From the NCBI GenBank assembly GCA_047967505.1, contig CM106538.1: DNA of 64,000 nt. The stretch is one strand, 5' to 3'. The translations under genes and the position numbers were made by a program. Numbering within the stretch: position 1 is the first letter of the stretch; the number at the start of each line of letters is the position of its first letter. Positions 24,501 to 38,400 of the stretch are shown here, one piece after another. The DNA is from Dipteris shenzhenensis (lineage: Eukaryota). The notes beneath the pieces were generated by a model. The model was not told the origin of the DNA. It was given only the letters and a program-made list of their open reading frames with translations, and did not search any database.

Positions 24501-27500
24501 AAGTTATTATTTGGCAGCACTTACCTATGTTGGTGACTGGAAATATGATAGTCTCAATCGATGCACCATTCACCAAGATAGAGTTCAGGACTGCTCTCTC
24601 TGCCCTTCACAAGGGCAAGTGTCTTGGTTCAGATGGCCTTACACCCTCTTTCTTTATTTCATTTTAGGATCAGATTGGGGATCACTTTACCTCAGACTTG
24701 CAGGGCTTGGGACTCGGGTGAGATGCCAAACTCACTAATTGAGGGCCTTATTCATCTTATCCCTAAAGGGGGTTGCAAGAATTAAGTGTCGTAGTGGAGA
24801 CTGATCACTTTGTACAAAATCCTAGCAAAGGCAATCAGCCTACGTCTACATTCCTTTCTTCTAGATCTTATACATGATACGCAGACGGGTTTTGTACATG
24901 GTAGGAGCATCTTCAATAATATTTTCTCATTTTGGGAGGCTTTTGAATGGGCCATACATAATGGCCATAGGCTTGCCATTCTACTCTTGGACTTTGAGAA
25001 AGCTTATAATAGAGTAGACTGGGGTTTTCTAAAGGGTACCTTCTCTCGCTTTGGATTCACAGATGCATGGATCAGAGGGGTGTTAGCTCTCTACAAATCA
25101 GCCTGGAGCCAGGTTTTCATTGGTGGAGTCAACGGAGACAGATTTCATATTACCAGATCGGTCTATAGGGATGCCCTTTAGCCCCCTTTCTCTTTTTATT
25201 TATGGCTGAAGCTATGAGCTACTACCTTAGAGCTCAAGCTGACATTATAGGGCTGAGTCTTCCATTGAGTCAGGAGGATGAGCTTTTGGATAGTGAGTTG
25301 GCAGATGATATGGCTGTTTTTTTGGATGCCACACCACATATACTCACCTCTTTTAGAACAACCTTGGATTTGTTTTGCACTGTAGCAGGGACCCATATTA
25401 ATTGGAACAAATCCAATGGCTTTTAGATTAGTGATGAGGACACTCCAGACTGAGGGATTGACATAGGATTCACTTGGATTTAGAGGGGTGTCTCCATCAC
25501 GTACTTAGGATGCCATGTTGTGGTGGGCATCTCTCCAACACAACAGTTTGCTCCCGTATTGGAGAGCATTAGGAGAAAACTCATTTTTTAGAGTTCTGAC
25601 AGACTTGATCTTGTATCCAGAGTAGTGGTTGTGAACCAGGTATTATTCGCCACTGCCTGGTTCGTTTGCTCTTGTTGGTGCAGATCTAGAGGTTGTATAT
25701 CTCAGCTCATGAGACCTCTCAGGAACTTTCTTTAGAGTGGGTTAGATGGCACCTCAAATGTTGTAGCCAGCGTGGCTTGGGGGACCCTCATTCTTCCCAC
25801 TGGGGAAGGAGGTCTCAATATTATTGATCCGAATTTGCAGTGTATGGCCTTGCTCTGCAAATTTGTAGTGAGAGGATTGATGCCTTGACACGAGCCTTGG
25901 AAGGATTTCTTCCTACACAGCATTCAGCCTTGTACACCTTCTCACGGGGGAGATTGGATGGACAGCTTCAAATGGATTTTTACTTCAGCCCATCTTAGAT
26001 CTCCCTCTTCCCCTCTCATGGCTTCCATTCTGAAAGCTTGGGGCAGCTTCAAAGACACTCTTTGGAGCCTCCTCTCACGAAGAAATAGACAGGTAGCCAG
26101 TTATGTGGAATGAATCCATATTGGATGAGCATGGCAGATCACTGGGTGTGTCACATTATATGCAGTGGTCTAGATGGGAGAGGGGACCTGCTTCCACTGT
26201 AGGTGCCTGGAAGGATTTTAGACAGCTTCCAGAAGATCGGAGACTATTATTAGTTGGCCACCTCAGAGGGAGTGCACTCAGGATGCAGCAGATAGAGACA
26301 ACCATACCAGCAAGTGGATAGATACAGATCACTTACAAATCACAGGGTCCACTTGGTTGGGAGCCTTTACGGAGACGGGTGTTCCATTACAGGTTATTGC
26401 CTTGCGGGATGCACATGAGGAGAACCTTGTCTTTGATGTTTAGTCGGGAGGCAGACTTATCAGATCTTTAGATGATATATTTTTGGAGGTTGCCTTTCAG
26501 CCTGTTAGGATTGCAAGTAACATGGAGTGGGGCACGGACTCACAGTGGTATCTTGATCCTGACCCCGTTCTTCTGGCACTTGGGTCTGGGAGACTCTGGT
26601 TATATGGTAGTTCTCCCATCATGTTATTGCAGTGGGACCCAAGGGAGTGGGAGTGGATTGATGAAGGGCACCGAGAGAAGAGAATCACCTTCTTTCGCTA
26701 CACAATTAGAAATGCCAGGAGATTTCAGCTTAGTAGTAGAGGTTGGAGGCTCTTCAGAGCTCCTCATTGGGATAGTTTTCATATTTCTGCAGAGGTGCAT
26801 AAATACTTTTGGAGGAGGCTCTGGACATTCCTCAAAAATAGAAAGATCACTCTTTTCTTTTGGCTTTTTATTCATGTAAGGATTGTAGTGAACCCTATGG
26901 AGATCCAGGTTCGGGCTTGACCGTACTTGTCCTTGATGCCACGCAGCAATTCAGTTAGTTCAGCATTGCCTTTGGGAGTGCAGATATGCGAGGATGATAT
27001 GGAAGAGTGTTGCTAGGATTTCATAGAGCACCCTTCTTCATGAGTTGGGGATCAGTGGCATGGTTATCTCTTACTGAACCTAAGGTGTTTTTCGAGGGAC
27101 AGGAATCAGACTCATCCTTCATTATACGATGACACTCTATGGAGTCATGCTCTCTCCAGGATGTTCCTTTCACTTCTTTCCGAGCTGCTCATGCCTTGGT
27201 AGACACATCTTGGGAGATTCTGGCTAGCATTGTAGCTTGGCATATTTGGAGGGCTAGATGTACGGAGGCGATGGAGGGTTCACAGATTCACCCTTCCCAG
27301 TCTATGGCTAGTATATGGACTAATACTAAACACACACTGATGGCCATCTGGGCGAGCATGCAGGGATCCTCTAGAGCAGCTACAACTAGGAGAGATACTT
27401 TTTTCAGAGTTTGGAGAGGATCTCCGTTCTTCTCGGAGTCTTCTTCAAGTTTGAGGTGGCATTTTCAGCCTCCACCTTGGATTTTGTTAGCTTCTTTTGA

Positions 27501-27598
27501 GGTGTTTTTTCTTTCATGCATGTCATGATATACTCCCGCATTTGACCTTGCTCCTATGGTTTTCATACTTAATGAAGTAATCTTTTTTTTTTTTTTAA
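21520..27598 (+). mobile_element. Full-length degenerate L1-type LINE, family B copy 1
   Basis: C-rich 5' UTR; ORF1 from 22209 (GRGFF.V, RVR, LQRPDG). ORF2 from 23199: SWNVQG, IQE, GDFN, SDHFP, QTGFV.GR, LLDFEKAY, LADD, zf-RVT. Many stops and frameshifts. Confidence 0.93.
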
Positions 27599-27702
27599 AT
27601 GTAAGGATGTAATCGATTTTACATTATTGTTTATGGAGAGTCTACGAGCATGAGTGTGAGTGGGTGGATGAGTGTGGGGGCATGTGTGTGTACCTGTGTG
27701 CA

Positions 27703-30700
27703 CTTGTTTCCATTCCAGTATCAGAGCAGTAGAGAAAGGGCATCCAGGAATCTTCCCTACAAATCTCCCAATGACAACCTCCCAATGATCAGTAGTCCAA
27801 TGGCCATAAGCATTTGTCCTCATGTTGACACACATGGAAGCTATCATACAAGTCCATGGCTGTTTTTGACGGAAAAAATTATGGAGCATAGTCGCCTTCC
27901 TTGCAAGTACATGATATCTGATATTTAGAACATTAAGTCCTCCATGCATCCTAGGGGAGCACACCATTAGTCTCAATGCTTTCACAGCAGTTTTTGTCTT
28001 CTATAACAGCTCCATAGCTTGAGACATAAAAGCTGAGATATCTCTAGAGGACCAATGTAGTAAAGGCAAGAAGAACTGAACATAAGACATTACAATAGAC
28101 TGGACTATTCTAAGCCTTACATGAAGTGGCCAAGTAGAAATTTTCCAATATTCCAATTTATGTTGAAGTCTTTGGAAGATCCATTTAAGCTGTTGCTTCC
28201 TGGTGATATGCCATCCTATAGGATATCCCAAATGCCTGACAACATCTTTGGAATGCACTATCTGACCAGGCCAGAGAATAGAATGCCAGTCACATTGTTT
28301 CAGGGGAAGTAATTTGGATTTGTCAAAATTGATATGCAATCCCGCTGCTAATCCATACAATGATAATGTGGCCATAAGCATGCGGACTTCCTGAGGAGAG
28401 TTCTGTGGCATAAAAAAGGAATCATCAGCATATGCCTGTGCCAAAAAAGATGCAGACCCAGGGATTTTAAGACCAGTCATCTGTCCTGTGCTTGTAAGAT
28501 GATCAAGATACATCAGGAGGGGATGAGTCGCAATGGCATAGAAAAGAGCACTAAGGGGGCAACCCTGTCTGACTGATCTGCCCAATGTCCATGACCGAGA
28601 TAGATGGCTTCCGAGAATACACTGGGAAGTAGAGCCAGAATAAAGCCAATAAATTGCATTTGCTATCTTGGGACCAAAGCCCAACTTTGTCATGGTTTGG
28701 GAGATAAAATCCCATTGTACAGTATCAAATGCCTTAGTGATATCTACCTGCAATATGAGCACATCTTGATTTGAATACTTAGCATATTCAATTGCAGTCA
28801 ATGCATTGGAGATATTGTCATGGATTTGTCTTCGCGGCACAAACCCATACTGATGAGGATGAAGGCCCGCATTCAAAATCCCATGAAGCCTATACACAAT
28901 CATTTTGGCAATGAGTTTGTAAACTACAGGCATCAGAGTAATAGGCCTCCAATCTGACATATGATCACAAAGATTTTTTTTTGGCACAAGTTTGATTATG
29001 CCATGCTTCCAGAGGTGCGGCAATTGATTTTCTTGCCAGGCAACATTGATCATTTGTAAGAGAACATCTTTCAAATCATCCCAGAAAGAAATATAAAATT
29101 CCACCGTAAGACCATCCCAGCCAGGGGACTTGTATTTGCCGAGATGGGATAATGCATTATCAAGTTCCGTGTCAGTAAAAGGTCTCTCAAATAATAGAGC
29201 ATCATCCATTTTCACTATCCCAGAAACATATTGAAGAAATTCAGTCCTCGCATCAATCATTTGATTTGATGGGGAGCCAAGGGTAGAGAACAGTGTCTGG
29301 AAGTAATTTTGGCATTCATCTTGGAGATCAGAGAAAGAGTGCGTCCAAGATCCATCTAGTTTCCTGGCCCTTAGACACGAGTTTTTCTTTCGAGTGGCAT
29401 GCAGGCCCTGGAAAAAGGCTTTTGATGAGCAGCCCTTATCCATGAGGGGCTTCATTCTTGCTCTAATCTGCCATTTGTGCAATTTCCGCTAATCATTATC
29501 AGTCAGTTTGATCCGGGCTTGTGAAAGGGAATCATTTTCTGATTCAGAAAGGGGCCTTAAATGTGAGAATTCAGTCAACTGTTGTGCTGTCCTTTTTGCC
29601 CATTTGACCTCATTCCTCCATGTAGCCATGTGCCATTTTCCATAGTCCCTAATGACATTCTGTATACGAGAGACAAAGCTGTTTCAAGCATAATTCATGT
29701 CCTCCTGAGCATGCAAAAGCAAGGGACGAATTGCAAATCTGATCATTTGCTGGAAATATTGATGTCGAAGATAAGCCTGATTAATATGCAGTAATCTGCT
29801 GGAGAGAGGCGGCAAATCATCCAGTGGCATACCAAATTGCAGATTTAACCATAATGGGGCATGATCTGACAATCCCAATGAGAAAACTATGAGGAGATGA
29901 AGGCTAAAATCTGCATATTGTTGTGGATAAAACAAATACCATCTGTCAAGCCTTGCCAAGTATGTGGTAAATGCATTATGATGGAAAGTCAAATGGGCTC
30001 CTGATAATCATTCGGGGACAAACTCAATAAGGAAAGAAAGTATTCATTGGAGTGCCATTTTTGCCACTCCACTTGCTTTATAGGAACCGGTTAGGGCATA
30101 CAATCTCATGAAATTGGGAATCAGATACATCGATGACGTGGTCGATGATCATGGTCATGTCTTATCTTTTCCTCAGGCCACTGCCACTTATGCATTGGGA
30201 ATGCATCACAGATTGATATGGAAGAAAATTGCTGATCTCTTGCACCCTTTTCTACCTATTCCCCCTGTGGCTGACACAGACAGGCTTATGGAATGGCAAT
30301 TGTACCCCTCTGCTACATGCTCTCGTCCTATTCCTCTGCCTGTTTTGACCTCCATCAAAGTCTATAAGCTTCTTCAGCCTGCCCCTTGGATTCATCAATA
30401 TGCTAATACTCTGTGGCATATCAGGCGGCCCCTTTCATGGTGGTGGAAAAATCTCCGACTAATATGGAGGTGTAAAATGCCTTTGAAACAAAGACTTTTT
30501 CTTTGGAGATGCATGACCGGCACACTGTCAGTGGGAATAACACTTGCCAAACGTCACATTGCTTCACCCACTTGCTTACGGTGTCACGCTCCTTCAGAGA
30601 CTGTCCCTCATTTGCTTTGGCATTGCCAGTCTACTCGGAACCTCCTGGGGAAAATTTCGGATCATCTTCGCCTCCGTTTCCCGAGTCACATATTTGGGAA

Positions 30701-31031
30701 ACACTTTTGGTTATTTGGCCGATTTAGGATGCCTTTATCTCAATACTCACTCTTTTTCTCATGGGTGAGATATTGGGCTCTTTGGACAATCTGGGAAGAG
30801 CATAATCTGGCATACTTGGGTCGTCAGTTTCAAAAGTCATATGAATCTTTTAGAGCCTCATTGCGGCAATCTTTATATGATGCCTGCCATGAGGGTGATA
30901 TACATGCATCTTGCATTGAGCTTTTCTTTTTATGTTTCTGATCTGTGGAATACTCTCCATCTTGGAGACTTTCCCTCTTGTAAAGTTATGACAATATAAA
31001 TACACTGCACTGGATTTTACCAAAAAAAAAA
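27703..31031 (+). mobile_element. 5'-inverted L1-type LINE (family A): inverted EN-end/RT segment 27703-~30085 plus sense 3' segment with poly(A)
   Basis: 17-bp perfect TSD GTGTGTACCTGTGTGCA at 27686-27702 and 31032-31048; RT ORF 28001-29482 on minus (QGCPLS, YADD); zf-RVT ORF 30108-30941 on plus; A10 tail. Confidence 0.92.
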
Positions 31032-31368
31032 GTGTGTACCTGTGTGCAAAAACTATTAATAGCGATCTTCGACATAAATGGTTTGCTTGGTATCTTTCCA
31101 TGCACTTGTCTACCCACATATGCATTTGTTACATAGACATGGCCAAACTTCTTCAAGTTTTTATTAAGGTATATAACATTGCAAAGGATCAAAGCTCACA
31201 AAAACCACATGCAACTATTTTGAACATAAAAACAGAGATGATATGAAGGTATAAATAAATGACAACCTAGTCAAGGATATTAAGCAAGGCAAATTTCAGT
31301 GTGAGTATTGCATACGGCCAGTAATTTTCTGGGTTGCCCTCTTTAAAACAGGGAAACATGGCCAAAAC

Positions 31369-31440
31369 CTGAACAAGGACTTTCTCCCCATAAGCTTGCT
31401 TGACAGCACACATAAACTCATGAAGTAGATCATTATAATC
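31369..31440 (-). CDS. NADP-ME: NADP-malic enzyme exon (DYNDLLHEFMCAVKQAYGEKVLVQ)
   Basis: Matches plant NADP-ME EFM.AVKQ.YGEKVL.Q; cag| acceptor, |gttttg donor; 72 bp. Confidence 0.96.
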
Positions 31441-31557
31441 CTGCATGAAGATAAAGAGTTTCAAACTCAAACATGATGCAACTTGGGATAGAAATGAATA
31501 AAATCAAATGAGCTAAATAAGCTCCGAAAGTTTTCCTAGAATGAAATAAGTAATAAC

Positions 31558-31653
31558 CTTGCCCACTGCTCGATGTTGTCTAAGTCCAATGTAGAAAGGG
31601 TCTTTCAGTAGTGTCTCATTGTTCGTTCCAACATCGATTGTAATGGGCAAACA
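31558..31653 (-). CDS. NADP-ME: NADP-malic enzyme exon ([32 protein letters not shown])
   Basis: Conserved DVGTNN..LL.D.FYIGL motif; tag| acceptor, |gttatt donor; 96 bp. Confidence 0.96.
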
Positions 31654-31777
31654 CTATGCAAAAAACATTATAGACTTGGTCAAATTTGGATCAAATTGAA
31701 ATGTCACTGGATTTGAGCTTCCGACTTGTATTTTTTCTTTGAAATCCAATGCAAAGGTTTGAGTTTCGGTAGAATAC

Positions 31778-31843
31778 CCCTGAAGCTCTCACACCACCAA
31801 GAGCAGTATAAAGAGCAAGTTTTCCCACTGGTATTCCCATTCC
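31778..31843 (-). CDS. NADP-ME: NADP-malic enzyme exon (GMGIPVGKLALYTALGGVRASG); first exon visible in the window
   Basis: Minus-strand translation matches the conserved malic enzyme GMGIPVGKL motif; flanked by tag| and |gtattc; 66 bp, phase 0. Confidence 0.95.
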
Positions 31844-32412
31844 CTACATGTCCCAGAAGCACGAAAGAACATCACATATATTCTAGATCCATCTTCACAT
31901 AAAATTAGAATGTAAGGAAATGAATGATGACTAGGGGCAAATAAGATGATTATGATTAAAGTTCTAGCATATTTTGCCCATCAAGAACAATGAGGCCCAT
32001 ATAAGAACAATGCAAACAAATGTTAGTTATTGTAAAGCAAGGAAAAATTAACAAGTTATTGATGCATAGAATTATTCCATGTAATTTGGGAGAGATCCTC
32101 ATATAAAAATTGGATTGGGAGAGATCAAGGTTTTGAGACATAGAATTTGAGACTATAATTATAATTTATTTTCTACCTCCAATTGAGATTGAGATTTTGC
32201 CTCAAATTGTGATTGTGGATGAGATTTCGATTGATATACCAAAGGTAGAGCGGGAGGGGGGAGCATGGGGTTCATGTGGTGGTACTTCCGTGGGTTGCAT
32301 TGGGGGGGGGACCCCTTATTTGTAAATCATAAGGCTCTAAAATGACCCCTTTTTCTATACAACCTTATGGATTTTTGACGATTTTTTTGCACACTCCTTT
32401 TTTTTTTTTTTT

Positions 32413-35400
32413 CAACGGCTGCTGCTCCTGCTGCCCTCCTTCCTGCTCCCCTCCTTGCTGCCCCCTCCCTCCCCTCCTTGCTTCTCCTCCCTCCCCTCCC
32501 CCCTACCTTCTGCTCCCCCCGCCTCCCCCCCCTACTCCCCTCCCTCGCTGCTGCAGCCCCCCCGTGCTGCTGCAGCCCGTCCCCTGCCCCCCCCTGCGCG
32601 CTGCCTCCTCCCTGCGTGCTGCCTCTCCCCTCCCCTCCCTCTTACCTGCTGCTCCCCCCGCCTCCCCCCCTGCTCCCCTCCCTCGCTGCTGCAGCCTCCC
32701 CGTGCTGCTGCAGCCCCCCCCTGCACGCTGCCTCCTCCCCGCGCGCTGCCTCTCCCCTCCCCTCCCTCTGCTCCTCCCTCCCCTCCTTGCTTCTTCTGCT
32801 CCCCCTGACTCCCCCCCCTACTCCCCTCCCTCGCTGCTGCAGCCCCCCCCTGCGCGCTGCCTCCTCCCCACGTGCTGCCTCTCCCCTCCCCTCCCTCCTA
32901 CCTGCTGCTCCCCCCCTCTCCTCCACTCCTCCTCTCCTCTATCCTCCCCTCCTCTCCTTCCCCCCCCTCCCTCTCCTCCACTCCTCCTCTCCTCTATACC
33001 CCCTCCTCTCCTCTCCCTCCTCTCCTCTTGTTGCCCCCCCTATCCTCTGCTCATCCTCTCTCTCCCTCCTTCCTTTCACTCTCTCCCCTCATCTAGAGTA
33101 CCCTACTCTCTGTTAGGGGTCTCCTGGGCTTTAGGAAAGCGGACGGAGTTCTTTCTTGTGTTTGAATTGGCCTTTTCCACCTCGATTGATGAATGGGTTC
33201 CCACTCAGTCAATCCGTTACCGCCCACACCGGCCGCGAGAACCGTCACTTTTTCAAAAGACGAGCTACAGCAGTTGCAAAAGGATTTGGAGCATGAGTGT
33301 TCCACGACTCTCTTTGCACGTATCCAGGTCACAAGCTAGAGATTGGATGCTTGCGGCACTTCCCCAGGAGCTCACCCCCCCACCTTAAGGATGTTCGTTT
33401 GTTGGGACGAGGTTTCTTCCAGGTGTGCCTAGATTCCCCGGACGTCACAAGAGACCTGCTATAGGCCGGGTTCCTATTTCTAGGCTACAAGAGGATTTTT
33501 TTGTTTCCCTTTCAACTAGGCTTTAACCCAGTTGAAGAGGACAAGCAGGGAGATCCTATTTTCATCAGGTTCCCTGGTCTCCCCTCAGTTTATCACCGGC
33601 TTCTTTCAATTATTGGCGAGAGGTTTGGTGTGGTAGCAGAGATCCCCCCTCTTCCTGGCGAGCCCTCTTCGACTGCCGAGGCGGTCAGGATGGATGGGGT
33701 ACCCAGGGTTAGGGTCATTGTCCAGGACCCTAATATTTCAGATGACCACATCATGCTACAGCGACCCAATGGGTCCTTCTTCCGCCAGAGATTTGATCCT
33801 CGGGGCACTTTGCCAGAGATTGCCCAAAGAAGAAAAAGAGGCCCACAAAGCAACTAGCTCGTACTAGCTTACAACACAGAGCAGGAGCAGAACCTATCGC
33901 TTCACAAGCACTGCCTCAGACACGGGCTCCTCCCCCTCCTAGGGCTACTCGAGTCCCTCCTGCACCCCGCACCACCTCTAGCCCACGCTGGGTTCCGGTC
34001 GCGGTTGGGCCCTCAACTTCAGATCACACATCCACCGCTTCGGAGGCTACCCCCTTGGAGCCTCGGGAGGAGACTAGTGTTCAGGAGCCTTGTTCGACTC
34101 CATCCCAGGATCAAGCTGTACCTTCCTCAGCAGCCCAGGTTGTTGGCACCTCATCTGCAACACTTCTTGATCAGGACTCAGTACAAGTGCCTCCCTCTGT
34201 GGATAGAGGGAAGGGGGTCTTACATTCTCTCCTTGCTTCGGTAGGAATCCATCGTACCCCCTCCCCAGGACTGGCTTAGTGGAACTCCTTTTCCGCTCTA
34301 GAGGACCTCTTTGACCTCCCAGATGATGGTTTTGTACCTTCCACTTTCGGAGAGCCAGCTATCGGCATCCCTTTTGAGAGATCTTTCTCTCTCTCACCTG
34401 TGGACTTTCCTCCCCTTAGACCTCGTGTGTATGGCAGGAGGCCAGCTCCGGTGGAGGGTCCTTTTTCCGCCACCAGGTCGGGCAGGGTATTCCAACCCGC
34501 TTCCTCCCGCCGATTAGGATAGCCAGTTGGAATATACAGGGATTGGGCAGTATCCCTCATCGCCGTCGCAGACAGCTGATCATGAATCAGCTCCATCCAG
34601 GTGTTTCATGTGGTTCCCTAGACATGCTTTTTCTTCAGGAACACAAATTAGATGTCAGAGATTGCTCCATGTCCGAACTTTTTGGCTTCTTGCCTTGGGA
34701 ACCAAAGGAGGTACATGCATATCACTTTCAGATTCTATTCTCCCTCTGATCATTGGACACGGTACCATAACCCCCTCCTGGGCCCAGTGGGTTTTACTTT
34801 TGATTGACGGATGGAAGGTTGGTTTCCTCAACCTCTATGCTCTGAACAACAGAGGGGACCGTGTTCTATTTTGGAAAGAGTTGCTCTCATGGGCTGACAT
34901 TGCAGATTCGTGGATTATTGGAGGTGACTTCAACATGGTTGAGGCCAAGGAGGCAGAGAAGGTGGTATTCATTCCCTCGAGAGAGCAGATTAGGATGCCT
35001 TCTTGTTCAGATTCAGTGGCAGAGATGTTTGGTCAGATGATGCATTTCATGTTCAGTCTCAGTCACTTTTGTTTTCATGGTCGAACCAGGGTGCAGATGC
35101 CTATCCATGCCCGTATTGACAGATTCTATGTGGATGACTCTGTCTATGTGGATGACTGGGCTCTTGATAGAGGGGGGACACTTTGCATTGCACCTGGTGT
35201 TTCCACTTCCGACCATTTTCCGGTTGTTTTGTCCATCTCAGAGCCCCATCTGAGAGGACGGTCTCACAATATCAGGATCCCCGATGCCTTATACATGGAT
35301 GAGACCCTCACAGAGGTAGTCTTGGAGATCTGGGTTTCTCACAGGCAGGGGGGGGTGGCTGGTCCTTCACATGTGGCCACAGCACTTGCCAGTATCAGCG

Positions 35401-38400
35401 ACTTTTATCACTCCGTTGCTAGTGCTCGGCGAGGTGAGATACTCAGGCGAGAGATTGGTATCCGCCGGCAGTTGGCAGCCTTGCAGGGGGAGGAGCAAAA
35501 ACGACCATCTGATGCAAGGGTACAGGAGCGCCTTGCTACGGCAAGGGCTCACTTGCAGACATTGCTTGATCACAGAGCAGAGTATGCCTTCCATGCACGG
35601 GAGTCCTTTTGGATACAGATGGGAGGGAGAGTCAATAAACACTTTTTCTCTACACTTGGTCCCAGACATAGTAGAGAGAGTGTCAGGCAGCTTATTGACT
35701 CGGACGGCATTTTGTAGTCTCATCCGGATACCATCATGCACTTAGTGACAGCTTTCTATGCCTCCCTTCTTTCCGCAAATCCTAACACACAGGCCAGAGA
35801 TAGAGATGAGATTTGGCAGAGTGTACCTGTGTTGGTCACACTAGAGATGATATGCTCACTTGATGCACGCTTTACCAACACAAAGTTTAAGAGTGCTCTC
35901 TCCGCCCTTCATAAGGGCAAATGCCTTGGTTCCGATGGTCTTACTCCTTTTTTTACAGCCTTTTGGGATATGATAGGTGATCATATTACTTCAGCCCTAC
36001 AGGGCATTTGGGACTCGGGTGAGATGTCTAGCTCAATGACCGAGGGACTCATACACCTTATCCCAAAAGGTGGCAACATAAAAATTTTGTATCCCATTGG
36101 AGACCCATCACTCTTTTGGGCACTCTGTACAAAATCCTAGCCAAGGCGATCAACATCCGGCTAAGACAGGATTTGTGCATGGCAGGAGCATATTTGATAA
36201 TATTTTTTCCTTTTGGGAAGCCACAGAGTGGGCTATGCAGAGTGGGCTATGCAGAGCGGGCAGAGGCTGGCAGTTCTACTCCTGGACTTTGAGAAAGCCT
36301 ATGACAGAGTAGATTGGGGTTTTCTTGAGGGCACTCTTCTACGGTTTGGATTTTCAGATGCATGGATTAGAGGGGTGGCCTCCCTTTATAGATCAGCCCA
36401 CAGCCAGGTTTTGATTGGAGGGGTAAGGGGTGACAGGTTTCAGATTTCCAGATCAGTTCATTAGGGATGCCCTTTAGCCCCCTTCCTCTTTCTCTTTGTG
36501 GCAGAATGAGTATCTTCCTTAGATCTCAGGCTGAGCTTTATGGGTTGAGATTGCCCTTGAGACGAGTAGGAGCTTCTCGACTATGAGTTGGCTGATGACA
36601 CTGCTATTTTTATTGAGGCCTCTTCGCAGTCACTTGATTCTTTCCGGACAGCCTTGGATATTTTTTGCTCAGCTGTAGGGGCATGCATTCATTGGCATAA
36701 ATCCTTTGGCTTTTGGATCAGTGATGAGGACACTCTAGGCTGAGGAGTTGACATTGGCTTTTCTTGGATTCAGAGGGGTGTTCCTATCAGATATTTGGGA
36801 TGCCAGGTAGGATTGGGCATCTCTCCAACACAGCAGTTTGCCCCAGTGCTAGAAAGTATAAGGAAAAAGCTCCTTTTTTGGAGCTCAGCCAAACTCGACC
36901 TTGCCTCTAGAGTTGTGGTAGTGAACCAGGTTTTCTTGGCCACCGCCTGGTTTGTGTGTTCTTGCTGGTGCCACGGTCTAGGAATTGCATCACTCAGCTA
37001 TTTAGACCCGTCAAGAATTTTTTATGGAGTGGACTGATGGCACAGCAGATGTTGCAGCGAGGGTGGCCTAGGAGACCATTATTCTCCCTACATGGGAAGG
37101 GGGCCTTAAGGTGGTGGTGAGGGGACTCATGCCTCGGCAGGAACCTTGGAAGGATTTCTTTTGTGGATGCATTCAGGCTTGCACACCTACCTTAGGAGAT
37201 GATTGGGTGGACAGCCCTCGCTGGATTTTTACTTCCACCCCTCTCAGGTCTCCTGCCTCTCCTCTCATGACTGCCATCCTAAAAGCTTGGGGGAGCTTCA
37301 GAAACACTCTTCGAAGGGTTCCGCCCTCTACCCTCGAAGAGATTGATAGGCAGCCAATCATTTGGAACGATAGTATACTTGATGAGCATGGTAGACCTCT
37401 GGTCACTTCCCATAATATGCAGTGGTCTGGATGGGAGAGAGGCCCCGCCTACACAGTAGGGACTTGGAAGGCTTTTATCAGGCTACCTAAGGATCAGAGG
37501 CTACAGTCCGTGAGCCACCTCAGAGGGGTAGCACGCAAGATTCAGCAAATAGATGCAGCCATCTCGGTGGAATGGACAGTTGAGATGCCTATTACTTCCA
37601 CCACTTGGATGGGAGCTTTCTCGAGGACAGCAGTTCCTCTATAGGTGATCGCTCTTCGAGGTCTCGAGGAAGATGCTCTGGTCTTTGACGTTGGGGATGG
37701 AGGTATACTCTCTAGATCCACGCATGATATTCTTCTAGAGGTTGCCTTTCAGCCTGTCAAGATTGCTGGTTTTGTGGACCATGGAGCGGGGGCTTGCAAT
37801 GGTACTTGGACCCCGACCCTCTGCTCTTGGCCCTAGGATCCTGGAGGTGTGGTTATATGGAGGTGCACCTATCAGGTGCTTGCAGTGGGACCCAGGAGAG
37901 TGAGAGTGGTTAGATCATGGGCACCGAGAGAGGGGGATTCCCTTCTTTCGTTTCACAGTTGGTAATGCCAGGAGATTTCAGCTGAGCAGTAGAGGTTGGG
38001 TTCCCTCCAGAGCCCCCCATGAGATAGCTTCTTCATCACTGCAGATTTGCATAGGAATTTCTGGAGGAGGCTCTAGAAATCCCTTAGAAATAGAAAGATC
38101 ACTCTTTTCTTTTGGCTTTCTATTCATGGAGGGATTGCAGTGAACCTGTGGAGATCATGATTTGGGGCTGATCCCACTTGCCCGCGTTGTCATTTTGCAG
38201 AGGAGTCAGTGCGACATTGCCTTTGGGACTGCAATCAAGCGAGGATTGTTTGGAAAGGAGTTGCTCGGATACTCAGCATTTTTCATACTTCCCCTTTGGG
38301 GCTCGGTCGCATGGTTATCCCTTAATGGGCCCCAGGTGTTTTATGAGGGTGAGCCTTCTTCTTGGGCACTCTCGATCCGCCGACAGGTGATAGAGCCCTG

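Noticed and set aside
32342-33388. 348-aa Pro/Leu/Ser-rich ORF (and 21408-22037) resembling an extensin
   Set aside because: By-product of the stop-free C-rich LINE 5' leader; open in several frames at once
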